Origin: an uncultured Desulfosarcina sp. | Lineage (GTDB): Bacteria > Desulfobacterota > Desulfobacteria > Desulfobacterales > Desulfosarcinaceae | Length of the DNA stretch: 64,000 nucleotides | Direction of reading: 5' to 3' | NCBI GenBank assembly: GCA_963674945.2 | Contig: CAXXWQ010000002.1 | Coordinates: 448,001 to 512,000, forward strand | Shown: positions 1 through 8,530 of the stretch, in pieces | Layout: each line of letters starts with the position of its first letter | How positions within the stretch are numbered: the first letter of the stretch is position 1 | Program-made: the position numbers and the translations under genes | Notes under the pieces: model-generated | Told to the model about the DNA's origin: nothing | The model's input: the letters and a program-made list of their open reading frames with translations, nothing else | Databases searched by the model: none

Positions 1-149
1 GCTGCAAGGCCATATACGCCTATCACCTTTCATTGACCATGCTGGCGGCAGGTCAACAAAAGGAGGCGAAAGAAAAACTTCATTTGGCCGTGGGTGCCGG
101 CCTGCCGTCTCGATATGAGAAAAGGGCCCTGGAGATTTTACGCCATTAG
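1..149 (+). CDS. 3' end of a TPR-repeat protein (partial; resembles the C-terminus of TPR proteins of PEP-CTERM/EPS loci)
   Basis: Frame 3 reads CKAIYAYHLSLTMLAAGQQKEAKEKLHLAVGAGLPSRYEKRALEILRH to TAG at 147-149, a TPR-like YHL....G...EA...L..A pattern. Not in the ORF track. Confidence 0.6.
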   Translation, partial: CKAIYAYHLSLTMLAAGQQKEAKEKLHLAVGAGLPSRYEKRALEILRH

Positions 150-158
150 CAGACGGCT

Positions 159-221
159 TTTTGCCACGGACACACACAGACGCACACGGACGGGGTTTGA
201 TCTTATATCAAAGGTAAAGAG
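159..221 (+). repeat. Composite repeat, copy A: 10-nt-period tract CAC(G/A)GAC-NCA x3 plus near-palindrome TTTGATCTTATATCAAA
   Basis: Matches 6921-6973 except for one extra 10-nt unit and one substitution. Confidence 0.9.
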
Positions 222-244
222 TGATGAGGTGAAAAGTAAAACAC

Positions 245-1345
245 ATGCACATCAAACTCGATCGATGGGCGATCCTTACAATCACGATGGTATTGATCGC
301 CCTTTTTTTCGGATTGCGTCCCCACGCCTGGTTTGTCGATAATGATGCCAGGTGGCTGCCAAACCATGATGGCCTCCAATTCATGGGCAACGGCATCGCA
401 TACGTTAGAGATTTGCGCCCGGATATGACAGAAAGCCATCCGGATGCGTTCACGATCGAATTGGTCGCGACGCCGGGAACTGTTCAAATCCGTGGCTTCA
501 GTCCGCTGCTGGTCCTTAGCGATGGTTCCGATGACCGGCAATTGGCCGTCTGGCAGTATTTGGGGTCACTCATTGTCATGAACGGCGACGATTACGACTA
601 TCGGCAACGACGGCCGCGCGTCGTTGCCCGCGATGTTTTTTCCGCCGGCCAGGTACGAATGGTCACGATCACGTCCTGTGATCGGGGAACCCGATTGTAT
701 ATGGATGGTGTGCTTGCGGCGGCCAAGGAAAGCTGGCGGTTGACCATTCCACGAAATTCTCAACCACTGCATCTGGTGCTGGGCAATTCCCTGTATGCCA
801 AGCATGGGTGGTATGGCCGCCTGCATGGCCTGGCCCTGTTCACCGAAGCCATTGGTGCCGAAGAGATCGAACATCGTTATGATCAATGGGCGGGTAGTAA
901 TGATTTCAGCCGGATACATGGATCAATGCCGCAGCCTGTCTATTCGTTCGGCAAGCTATCGGGCCAAACCATCGGTGACGAAACCGGAGGCGAACGGCGC
1001 CTCGAATTGCCCAGGCATCTGAAAGTCCTGAAACGATCTTTTCTGTCGGTACCAGGTCGAAAGGAAGCATGGAACCGCAACCTGTTTGGTGACATGCTGA
1101 TCAATGTGATCGGCTTTATCCCCCTGGGATTGGTATTCCGTCGTTTCCTGTCACGAACGTCCCGTATGGGCAATAGTACCATTTTCTGGATGGTCGTTCT
1201 CGCCTGTCTGATGCTCAGCCTGGCCATCGAAATCGTCCAGGCGTGGATCCCGGGCCGAACGTCGAGCCTAACGGACCTGGTGCTGAATACCACCGGGGGA
1301 ATGCTGGGCGCTTGGGTGGGGAAGCAGCCGGTGGATAGGCTCTAG
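245..1345 (+). CDS. Membrane protein with a LamG/ConA-like periplasmic domain and a C-terminal VanZ-like domain
   Basis: N-terminal TM helix; LamG-like segments (FTIEL, TRLYMDG, LVLGN, WYGRLHGLALF..A); VanZ signature DMLINVIGFIPLG...SLAIEIVQAWIPGRTSSLTDLVLNTTG. Confidence 0.8.
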   Translation: MHIKLDRWAILTITMVLIALFFGLRPHAWFVDNDARWLPNHDGLQFMGNGIAYVRDLRPDMTESHPDAFTIELVATPGTVQIRGFSPLLVLSDGSDDRQLAVWQYLGSLIVMNGDDYDYRQRRPRVVARDVFSAGQVRMVTITSCDRGTRLYMDGVLAAAKESWRLTIPRNSQPLHLVLGNSLYAKHGWYGRLHGLALFTEAIGAEEIEHRYDQWAGSNDFSRIHGSMPQPVYSFGKLSGQTIGDETGGERRLELPRHLKVLKRSFLSVPGRKEAWNRNLFGDMLINVIGFIPLGLVFRRFLSRTSRMGNSTIFWMVVLACLMLSLAIEIVQAWIPGRTSSLTDLVLNTTGGMLGAWVGKQPVDRL

Positions 1346-1350
1346 AAACT

Positions 1351-1413
1351 TGGCTCATAGCTCATAGGTGATAGCTGATAGCCCATAGGTGATAGCTGAT
1401 AGGTTATAGCTTG
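1351..1413 (+). repeat. Degenerate heptamer tandem repeat, 9 units, consensus TAG(C/G)TNA
   Basis: TGGCTCA TAGCTCA TAGGTGA TAGCTGA TAGCCCA TAGGTGA TAGCTGA TAGGTTA TAGCTTG, just after the stop of the VanZ-like gene. Confidence 0.95.
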
Positions 1414-1553
1414 GACAACCTACAAATGACCTGTTGATGGTACAGACGATTCATGACTTTTGCGCTATCAGCGAAAAGCCGACAACCTGTTTTTTCTGCG
1501 CATTTTGTGTCTCTTTGGCGGAAAAATATTCGGGAGTGATCTTTATGGTTTCA

Positions 1554-1600
1554 GTTGACAGCCGATAAAATACTGTGAAATGAAACGAGGTCATCCTTTT
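1554..1600 (+). promoter_or_regulatory. Conserved 47-bp upstream element with a sigma28-like -10 box (GCCGATAA), copy 1
   Basis: 36/47 ungapped identity to 8543-8589; GCCGATAA at 1561-1568. Confidence 0.6.
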
Positions 1601-1633
1601 GCCAACCAATACAAAGCGCCATGGGGGGAATAC

Positions 1634-2128
1634 ATGAAGCGATCAGTTTGGATACTACTCTTTTTGATTTGTGCGACTGTGGTGATGCCGGACGGGGCGA
1701 TGGCAATTGATTTCTCATGGAGTTGGGCGCCCAATGGGTCGACCTATACATCGGGACCGGATGGCGACATCGTTTACGATCTGTACATGCGGGACGACGA
1801 TGATGCCGATTATGCATACGACTATCCGTTGATGGCTGGAATCGAGGATTGCACTGGGGATGATGACCTGTACTCGTGCAGGGCTTCTTTGGATTATGAC
1901 TTTATGCCCGGAGTAAACTACTATTTCGTCGTTGTCGCCTATCTTTCGGAAGATCCCGCTTTGCGAAGCGCCTCTTCCAACGAAGTGCACTACTATATCG
2001 ATCCTGCCAATGAAGAACCGGTCATTGAAGAACCCGGCTTGCAGGATAGTGGTGCCGGAGGGGGCGGCGGATGTTTCGTTGATTCCAATATCATTGAATT
2101 TTTTTCCGGTTGTGATACGAATAAATAA
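1634..2128 (+). CDS. Secreted fibronectin type III-like protein with a C-terminal GGGGGCFV tail
   Basis: ATG 1634 after a G-rich RBS; signal peptide MKRSVWILLFLICATVVMPDGAMA; FN3-like W.W.PN...YDLY...PGVNYYFVVVAY...SASSNEV; acidic linker then GAGGGGGCFVDS. Confidence 0.75.
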   Translation: MKRSVWILLFLICATVVMPDGAMAIDFSWSWAPNGSTYTSGPDGDIVYDLYMRDDDDADYAYDYPLMAGIEDCTGDDDLYSCRASLDYDFMPGVNYYFVVVAYLSEDPALRSASSNEVHYYIDPANEEPVIEEPGLQDSGAGGGGGCFVDSNIIEFFSGCDTNK

Positions 2129-2219
2129 ATCTTTCTATTACTTGCGGCAAATTCGACAATCGTTTGGATTAATTTCGTTTCCGTTTTTAACTCCCCTATG
2201 TGAACCGCTGGGGGAAACC

Positions 2220-3536
2220 GTGACCATCGATCGGTACCGCATGCGCATTCAAGATACCGCTGACCGACGTGCTTTCTGCAGCTTTTCCCTGTGCTTGTGG
2301 CTTCTGTTTTGCCTCGGGACGGATGCCATCGCCGATTTTCATTTCACCCCACGCCTATCGGCCGGTGTCGCCTATACGGACAACGTTTTTTTGACTCCGG
2401 ATCGCGAAGAGCACGACATCATCACCTTCGTTTCTCCCGGTATCGCTCTGGAGTGGACGGGTCGAAACAGTGCTCTGGGCATTGACTATGCCCCGATTTA
2501 CAACAGCTACCTGCGGTTTCCGGAATATACCTATTGGGGCCACAGTGCGACGTTGGACGGGTGGACCGAAGTTGCCCGTGGCACCCGGCTGGAATTGACC
2601 AACACCGCTACCTATACCCAGGATCCGCCGGATACCGAGACCGATACCACGGTCCGGCAAGGCAGAGAACCGTATTTCACCAACACGGCCACCATCGGCG
2701 TGGTCAATCAGTTCGGTGCCGAAAACAGCATCGCATTGCATTACACCCACTACATTCTCGAAAACGAAGACATTACCATCGAAGACAGTTCCTATCATCG
2801 GCCGGAAATCCTGATCACCCACTGGTTTTCCCCCAACCGCTATGCCTTGGAAATGGAGGCGCTGTATACCGTCAGCAACTTCGATGTGTCTGCGGATTTC
2901 GATGATCTGGACGCCCGGATTCGATTTACCAAGCGTTTCAACAGCCACCTGGACGGGTATCTCGAATATGGTCATGTCTACCTCGACTATTACGACGACA
3001 CCGAGGAGGATTATCAGGTATACAGTCCACTGGCGGGTTTCATCTGGGATGAGCGGTCCAACACGCACTTTGGCGCCAGCTTCGGTTATTTTTATCGGGA
3101 CAACGAGTTCAGCGAAGACGACGACGGCATCGTCGGAACCATTGAGATGAGCTATGCCTATTCCAGAGAGAGCACTTTCTCGATGCTCGGAGACGTGGGG
3201 TATGACCGTGCCAATTTCGGTGCGGAAAACCTGGGATTCAATCCCTACTATTCGGTTTCGGGCTCCGTTGATCACCGGATCAACCGCCTGCTCGCGGGCA
3301 TTGTGACCGCCGGGTATCGACGGAACCTCTACATCGACGAAACCCCCGACAGGGAGGATGCCGTATGGTATGCCGGCGCCGGTCTGGCCTACCAGCCGCT
3401 GGCATGGCTGACGTTCAATCTGGATTATGAATACAGGCAGATCAACTCCAACGTCGACATCAACGATTATACGGAGAACCGGGTAACCTTTTCGTTTCGG
3501 TTGGCGCCGGGGCAGCCGGTGCGGTTTGGGAGATAG
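2220..3536 (+). CDS. Outer-membrane beta-barrel of the polysaccharide-export/PEP-CTERM-associated type
   Basis: Probable GTG 2220 (or ATG 2241); signal peptide ending AIA; FTPRLSAGVAYTDNVF...D.I..VSPGI at the N-terminus; alternating aromatic strands; ends ...SN.DINDYTENRVTFSFRL. Confidence 0.8.
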   Translation: MTIDRYRMRIQDTADRRAFCSFSLCLWLLFCLGTDAIADFHFTPRLSAGVAYTDNVFLTPDREEHDIITFVSPGIALEWTGRNSALGIDYAPIYNSYLRFPEYTYWGHSATLDGWTEVARGTRLELTNTATYTQDPPDTETDTTVRQGREPYFTNTATIGVVNQFGAENSIALHYTHYILENEDITIEDSSYHRPEILITHWFSPNRYALEMEALYTVSNFDVSADFDDLDARIRFTKRFNSHLDGYLEYGHVYLDYYDDTEEDYQVYSPLAGFIWDERSNTHFGASFGYFYRDNEFSEDDDGIVGTIEMSYAYSRESTFSMLGDVGYDRANFGAENLGFNPYYSVSGSVDHRINRLLAGIVTAGYRRNLYIDETPDREDAVWYAGAGLAYQPLAWLTFNLDYEYRQINSNVDINDYTENRVTFSFRLAPGQPVRFGR

Positions 3537-3568
3537 GCTGTAGCCCAAAGACTGCAGGCTGTAGGCCG
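3534..3568 (+). repeat. Heptamer tract (5 units), left arm of the four-helix-bundle gene
   Basis: TAGGCTG TAGCCCA AAGACTG CAGGCTG TAGGCCG; the first TAG is the barrel gene's stop codon. Confidence 0.9.
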
Positions 3569-3586
3569 ATGGTATGGGAGATACCT

Positions 3587-3796
3587 TTGCGGGACCACAC
3601 GAAGTTAAGAGCATTTGAATTGGCGGATGAATTAGCGATACTTACTTATCGTGTGACACGTAATTTCCCAAAATCCGAGATTTATGGACTTTCTTCCCAG
3701 ATGAGAAGGGCCGCCGTTTCGGTGCCGTCAACGATTGTGGAGGGGTGTGCTAGAGAACGCCAGGCAGAATATCTGCAAAACTATGAGGCATTATAG
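3587..3796 (+). pseudogene. Four-helix-bundle protein (23S rRNA IVS-protein family), C-terminal half missing
   Basis: TTG start after GGGAG; LRAFELADE...TRNFPKSEIYGLSSQMRRAAVSVPSTIVEGCAR family signature; stops after 69 aa, without the last two helices. Confidence 0.8.
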
Positions 3797-3821
3797 ACTA
3801 TAACCTGTCGCCTACAGTCTA
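3794..3821 (-). repeat. Heptamer tract (4 units), right arm, inverted relative to 3534-3568
   Basis: Minus strand reads TAGACTG TAGGCGA CAGGTTA TAGTCTA. Confidence 0.85.
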
Positions 3822-3846
3822 ATCTGCTAAACTTATTGGAGGCTCC

Positions 3847-6804
3847 ATGAACATATATACAGGCCATGGCATGATAAGGTTTCTGCTCGTCTTGGTTTTG
3901 GTGACGCTGATGGGACCGGCGAGGGGCCTGGCGCTGGATGTCAACGGCATTGTCGACACTGACAGCCGCTGGACAACGGACGACAGTCCCATAAAGATCA
4001 CGGGCGATCTTCTGGTGGCCCAGGGGGCGACCCTGACCATCGATCCGGGTGTTCAGGTGGTGTTCATGACGCGTGCCGATACGGCCCGGGGATACAATCT
4101 CAGGGTCGAGGGGACACTGTTTGCCCGGGGCACCGCAGCAAATACCATCTCCTTTACCGCCCAGGACCCGTTGCTTCCCTGGGGCGCAATTCTCTTCGAG
4201 GATATCAGCGCGGATTGGGATGCCGACCAGGGGACCGGGAGCAGAATCTCCCATTGCGTCATCGAATACGGGGGCAATACCGCAGATTTCGGTATGATCG
4301 TTACCCGAAATGCCATGCCCCTGATACGTGACAACGCCATCCGTTTCAGCGCCGGCGCAGGCATTGCCGCCTTTGCCGACGACGGCGTGGTGACGGTCGG
4401 AGAGAATCTTCAGATCATCGACAATTGGATTTACGGCAACCCCATCGGTCTCGTCATGTTCGCGGAGGAAGGGGTGGTGACCGGTAACTACTTTCTGAGC
4501 AACGGATCGGCCATGGACGTCACGGCCCGCTCCAACGCTGTCGTCATACAAAACAACACCATTTCAGGCGCTTCAACCAACCTTCTCGGGTCGGGGATTC
4601 GTCTCGAACTTGCCGAACCGGCCAGCGGTCTTGCCGGCTACAATTGGGTGCAGACCGGAGGGCCCACTGTTTCTCTGGACTCGACCGACGGCAATCAAGC
4701 CTCGTTTGTCGCGCCGGATCCGGGAAGCGACGTTTATGTCCTGACCTTCGAGCTGACGGCAACGGGTGTCGATGGTTTGCGTGCCGCCGATACGGTGGCG
4801 GTGACCGTAACCGGAACGAATCTGCCGCCGGTGGCAAACGCCGGGTCCGATGCCAACGTTCTTCGCACCGCCGGAATGATGGTAACCCTGAGCGGGGTCG
4901 GTTCAACGGATCCCGACAATGGGATCGCCTCCCTTTTCTGGGAGCAAGAGTCCGGAACAACGGTCTCTTTGCAGGATACGGATACGATCGCACCCTATTT
5001 TTACATCCCTTACACGGTCGTTGCCGGAGAAGAGATGACCTTCCGGCTTACGGTGACCGACCAGGGCGGACTCGAATCGACGGACACGGTTACGCTTCGT
5101 TTTTACAGCGACAACATCTACCCTCGTGCCGGTGTCGGGGAGGAGATGGCCGCCGCAACGGCACAGACCGTCGAGCTGGATGGCACCGGATCCGTGGATC
5201 CGGACGGCGTGATCGCAACCTATCTTTGGGAGCAGACGGACGGGACGACGGTCACCCTGGAAAATGCCGACACGGCCACCGCCAGTTTCGAAGTGCCGGC
5301 GGTTGCGGACGGTGGTGAGGTCTTGACCTTTGCGCTGACCGTTACCGACGATGGCGGATTGACGGACACCGAGACGCTGACGGTCCGGATCAACCCCGTT
5401 GCGGTGGATGCCGGGGAAGACCGGACCGTTTCGGCCGGCGACGAGGTGATTCTCGACGGCAGCGGTTCCATCGATCCCAATGCCTCTGCCGACATCCAGA
5501 TCCAGCACAATACCATCGTGTCCGACGGTGACGGTGCCGGTTTGATGGCCGTTACCGGGGTCGAGGAGGCCCGGTATCAATTGTCATTTTCCGAAAACAA
5601 CCTCGAATTCGACGATGCACAAGGCTATGCGTTTTATCTGTACGATTGGGATGAATCGACCACAGAAATCAACATAACCCACAACTGGTGGGGAAGCGTT
5701 TCCATTCCTGCCATCGACACCTTGATTTACGATCAGGCCGATGATTTCCAATTGCCTTCGGTGGTGTACCGGCCTGTCGCCGCACAGTTGATCGCGGCAG
5801 CCGGATCAGACCTGGTTTATCCACCCCTGGCCAATGCGGGGCCGGATATGGAAACCACCATGGATGCGGCCGTGACCCTTGATGGCAGCCAATCCTACGA
5901 TCCCGACGGGATCGGCACGTATCGATGGGAACAGACAGAAGGGGAATCCGTGACAATTCGTACATCCAATCAGGCCGTCGCGACTTTCGTCGCGCCCTCC
6001 GGCGGCACCGACGGTCGGGAGCTTCGCTTCTCCCTCACCGTATCCACGGGCGGACCGTTCACCCATACCGATGAGGTCGTGGTTACCGTCGTGCCCGATG
6101 AAACCGTGCCTCTGGTCGAGGTGGGCGAAGGCTGCTTCATCGGTTCGACGATTGCCCCATCCGTCGAAGCGGGAAAGGGGTGCGTGATGATGATTGTCGC
6201 AACCTTGGCAATGGTTTCGTGTCTGGTTTTGGGGTCCCGAAAGAGAAGGCAAGGTTTTGCCGCACTGTTTGCGGTTTTGCTGGTTGTTTTCATTCCATCG
6301 TCACACGCCGGCTTTTTTGCCGTTGGCGGTGGCGGCGGTGGTGAAGCGGAGAGGTATAACATCACCATCGAAACCGGGGCCAAGGACATTACCGCCGGCT
6401 CCTTGGAGATGATGTTCGCATTCGGGATCCCGTTCATTCCCCACGGTGACAAGAATATTCCCGAAAATACCGTTGCGATGCCGTGCCCCAACGACCAGTG
6501 CATGTCGCTGGGAGAAGAGAGAAAAGGGACCGAAGTGGGGTTTTATGGAAAATTGGGGATCGAGATCGGATCCACCAACCTCTATTGTAACCTCCTTGGT
6601 GGTTTTACCGCATACACGGAAAGTGAACTGGTGCGATCAACGGGTTCCGGCACAACATTCGAAGAATCGTCCGATACGGTTTTAGAACCCCTCTATGGCG
6701 CCGGGTTGAGCTATTTTCCGGATTACTGGAAATGGCCCATCCTCCTGCAGGTGGACTGGGACATCACCCGGGGAGTTACGGGCACCATTGGTTGGTGTTG
6801 GTGA
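3847..6804 (+). CDS. Large secreted protein: beta-helix with PKD/K319L-like Ig repeats, internal GCFI-TM-RKRR signal, second signal peptide and C-terminal barrel-like domain
   Basis: GGAGG RBS; signal peptide; ITGDLLVAQGATLTIDPGV..F...L.VEGTL.A.GT beta-helix start; repeated P.ANAG.D...V.LDG..S.DPDG...Y.WEQT.G units; EGCFIG at 6127-6144; ends GVTGTIGWCW. Confidence 0.85.
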   Translation: MNIYTGHGMIRFLLVLVLVTLMGPARGLALDVNGIVDTDSRWTTDDSPIKITGDLLVAQGATLTIDPGVQVVFMTRADTARGYNLRVEGTLFARGTAANTISFTAQDPLLPWGAILFEDISADWDADQGTGSRISHCVIEYGGNTADFGMIVTRNAMPLIRDNAIRFSAGAGIAAFADDGVVTVGENLQIIDNWIYGNPIGLVMFAEEGVVTGNYFLSNGSAMDVTARSNAVVIQNNTISGASTNLLGSGIRLELAEPASGLAGYNWVQTGGPTVSLDSTDGNQASFVAPDPGSDVYVLTFELTATGVDGLRAADTVAVTVTGTNLPPVANAGSDANVLRTAGMMVTLSGVGSTDPDNGIASLFWEQESGTTVSLQDTDTIAPYFYIPYTVVAGEEMTFRLTVTDQGGLESTDTVTLRFYSDNIYPRAGVGEEMAAATAQTVELDGTGSVDPDGVIATYLWEQTDGTTVTLENADTATASFEVPAVADGGEVLTFALTVTDDGGLTDTETLTVRINPVAVDAGEDRTVSAGDEVILDGSGSIDPNASADIQIQHNTIVSDGDGAGLMAVTGVEEARYQLSFSENNLEFDDAQGYAFYLYDWDESTTEINITHNWWGSVSIPAIDTLIYDQADDFQLPSVVYRPVAAQLIAAAGSDLVYPPLANAGPDMETTMDAAVTLDGSQSYDPDGIGTYRWEQTEGESVTIRTSNQAVATFVAPSGGTDGRELRFSLTVSTGGPFTHTDEVVVTVVPDETVPLVEVGEGCFIGSTIAPSVEAGKGCVMMIVATLAMVSCLVLGSRKRRQGFAALFAVLLVVFIPSSHAGFFAVGGGGGGEAERYNITIETGAKDITAGSLEMMFAFGIPFIPHGDKNIPENTVAMPCPNDQCMSLGEERKGTEVGFYGKLGIEIGSTNLYCNLLGGFTAYTESELVRSTGSGTTFEESSDTVLEPLYGAGLSYFPDYWKWPILLQVDWDITRGVTGTIGWCW

Positions 6805-6815
6805 TTGATCGTGAT

Positions 6816-6893
6816 GAGCAAAGAGCGGAGAGCAACGAGTGATGAGGAAATAAGCTGATAGCTCATGGGTGATAGCTCATAGGACATGGATGA
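6816..6893 (+). repeat. Two consecutive heptamer tracts (GAGC/GAGT type, then TAGCTCA type)
   Basis: GAGCAAA GAGCGGA GAGCAAC GAGTGAT GAGGAAA, then AAGCTGA TAGCTCA TGGGTGA TAGCTCA TAGGACA TGGATGA. Confidence 0.85.
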
Positions 6894-6920
6894 TGATCGA
6901 AGGAAAAAATTGAATTATTG

Positions 6921-6973
6921 TTTTGCCACGGACACACACGGACGGGGTTTGATCTTAGATCAAAGGTAAAGAG
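6921..6973 (+). repeat. Composite repeat, copy B, with perfect palindrome TTTGATCT-T-AGATCAAA (6948-6964)
   Basis: Direct repeat of 159-221; followed by the heptamers AATGCGT AATGAGT GATGGGG. Confidence 0.9.
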
Positions 6974-7140
6974 CAATGCGTAATGAGTGATGGGGAAAGG
7001 AGCCTAAAGATCATTTCCAAAATAATTCACTGCCCGCTTCGCTCGAGCCGCAGAGTTTCATTATTACCCCGAAGATAAATGAAAAAACATTTGCGTTTCT
7101 GCGGTGCAAACAAAAATAACTTCGACTCTTTACAAGCCAG

Positions 7141-7213
7141 TAATCAGTTATGCGTTATGTGTTATGAAAAACAACATGGTAATAGGCCATAGACTACAGC
7201 CTACAGCCTGTAG
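7141..7213. repeat. Short heptamer tracts (TTATGNG type and CTACAGC type)
   Basis: TAATCAG TTATGCG TTATGTG TTATGAA, and CTACAGC CTACAGC CTGTAG (reverse complement of TAGGCTG-type units). Confidence 0.75.
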
Positions 7214-7224
7214 TTTATCCCATC

Positions 7225-7270
7225 ACGAGAAAGGCGGATGATGGTCTACACCATCATCCGCCTTTCTCGT
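7225..7270. terminator. Perfect 21-bp stem-loop downstream of the PEP-CTERM gene
   Basis: ACGAGAAAGGCGGATGATGGT-CTAC-ACCATCATCCGCCTTTCTCGT between convergent genes; no clear U-tract. Confidence 0.65.
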
Positions 7271-7288
7271 TGCATGCAAGAAAAAGAA

Positions 7289-8107
7289 TTATCTTCTATT
7301 GTTAATTTTTTTTCGTGCGGTACCTGCCAGTCCGATCAAGCCGGTACCGAACAAGAGCAGGGTGGCCGGTTCGGGAACGGGGGCGGTGCCGCTTCCCATG
7401 AGGTTGTCATTGCCGCACCCCATCGTGAAGTGGGATGTGAAGACACCATCCCAGTTTTGTAGATTATCATCATTCAGGATAATGCTCAGGTCAAGGCCGG
7501 TTACCGTATAATGTTGATCGCCAAAGAATGTCTTATCGGCAGCGTATGAGTAAGCGCCATAGGCTATTGAACCGGAACCCAAAATATCTGTTCTCGAACC
7601 AGCATAAAATTGCCATGGATCAGACTCCGGAGAATTTAAGTCCTCTTTTACTCGTTCAAGTGTATCAGAACTACTAATTGAAAATACTTCATAATTGCCT
7701 GTTGCCCAATTGACATCAAAAACATAATCATATCCCATGGTAAGGTCGCTGCTATCAGCACCTGTTCCAAATTCTGCATCCCCGTCAACATCTATGAATA
7801 TATCACCGGAAGTATAACCAGGGTATCCGTTTACTCCATTTTGAAAATCAAATCCACCGACCATTGACAGGATAAACCCTTCGAGGAAAAAACCCTCCAG
7901 ATCCCAAACCTGGCTGGCAACCATTCCAGGTTCAACTTCGTTATCTTCTCCAATTGAAGTCCGTGAATCGGATTCACCGAAATATCCCCGGCTGTCCTCC
8001 CTTTGGTCGAATATTGTAATGTCGGCACCAAAATTAAGCGCCCAGGCCCCGCTGCACAATAGCAACACTAAAAATGGTGCAATCAACATCTTCATCCAAC
8101 GATTCAT
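7289..8107 (-). CDS. PEP-CTERM sorting-domain surface protein
   Basis: Signal peptide MNRWMKMLIAPFLVLLLCSGAWA; acidic body ending HFTMGCGND; C-terminal PVPEPATLLLFGTGLIGLAGTARKK. Confidence 0.95.
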   Translation of the reverse strand: MNRWMKMLIAPFLVLLLCSGAWALNFGADITIFDQREDSRGYFGESDSRTSIGEDNEVEPGMVASQVWDLEGFFLEGFILSMVGGFDFQNGVNGYPGYTSGDIFIDVDGDAEFGTGADSSDLTMGYDYVFDVNWATGNYEVFSISSSDTLERVKEDLNSPESDPWQFYAGSRTDILGSGSIAYGAYSYAADKTFFGDQHYTVTGLDLSIILNDDNLQNWDGVFTSHFTMGCGNDNLMGSGTAPVPEPATLLLFGTGLIGLAGTARKKINNRR

Positions 8108-8168
8108 GTTTTTTCCCTTTCTGCGAAACAATAAAACGCGATAGGTATATTATTGACGGTTATTGGGT

Positions 8169-8186
8169 AAGCAAATGTAATGCCTT
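8169..8186 (-). promoter_or_regulatory. sigma54 (-24/-12) promoter of the PEP-CTERM gene
   Basis: Minus strand AAGGCATTACATTTGCTT is GG-N10-GC, about 60 bp upstream of the ATG. PEP-CTERM genes commonly have sigma54 promoters. Confidence 0.65.
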
Positions 8187-8530
8187 GTGGCATAAAGTGG
8201 TCGATATTTTTTTATAATTATTTTATTTCAACGGGTTGCGGCCAACAGAATGTTTGAATTGGGAAAGGAAAGAGCAAAAAATAGATCGAAAAATGAGAAA
8301 ATAAATATATAAAAATATGGTTGTATGTGTAAAAATATTCCCAATGAGATTCAATTTTAATCTGGCATGTTGCTTGACTGTAACAAAACCATTCGTCATG
8401 CAATATGAATTGGGAAAACAAGAAGATGCCGGCCGAAATGAGTGATGGGGTATGAGCAGGGGAATTGAACGGTCGTTCTTGACTCATTGTCTCTGTTCTA
8501 TGCCCCCCCCCCTCCGCCTGTGTCCAGAAC

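Noticed and set aside
1932..2219. N-terminal extension of the 534-aa ORF
   Set aside because: Overlaps the FN3-like gene; the signal peptide and RBS point to a start at 2220 or 2241.
3587..3796. Diversity-generating retroelement or rRNA intervening sequence suggested by the Avd-like fold
   Set aside because: No reverse transcriptase, no template/variable repeat pair and no rRNA sequence in the window.
8362..8380. TGGCATGTTGCTTGA as a sigma54 promoter for the 8671 gene
   Set aside because: Spacing gives GG-N10-GA rather than GG-N10-GC.
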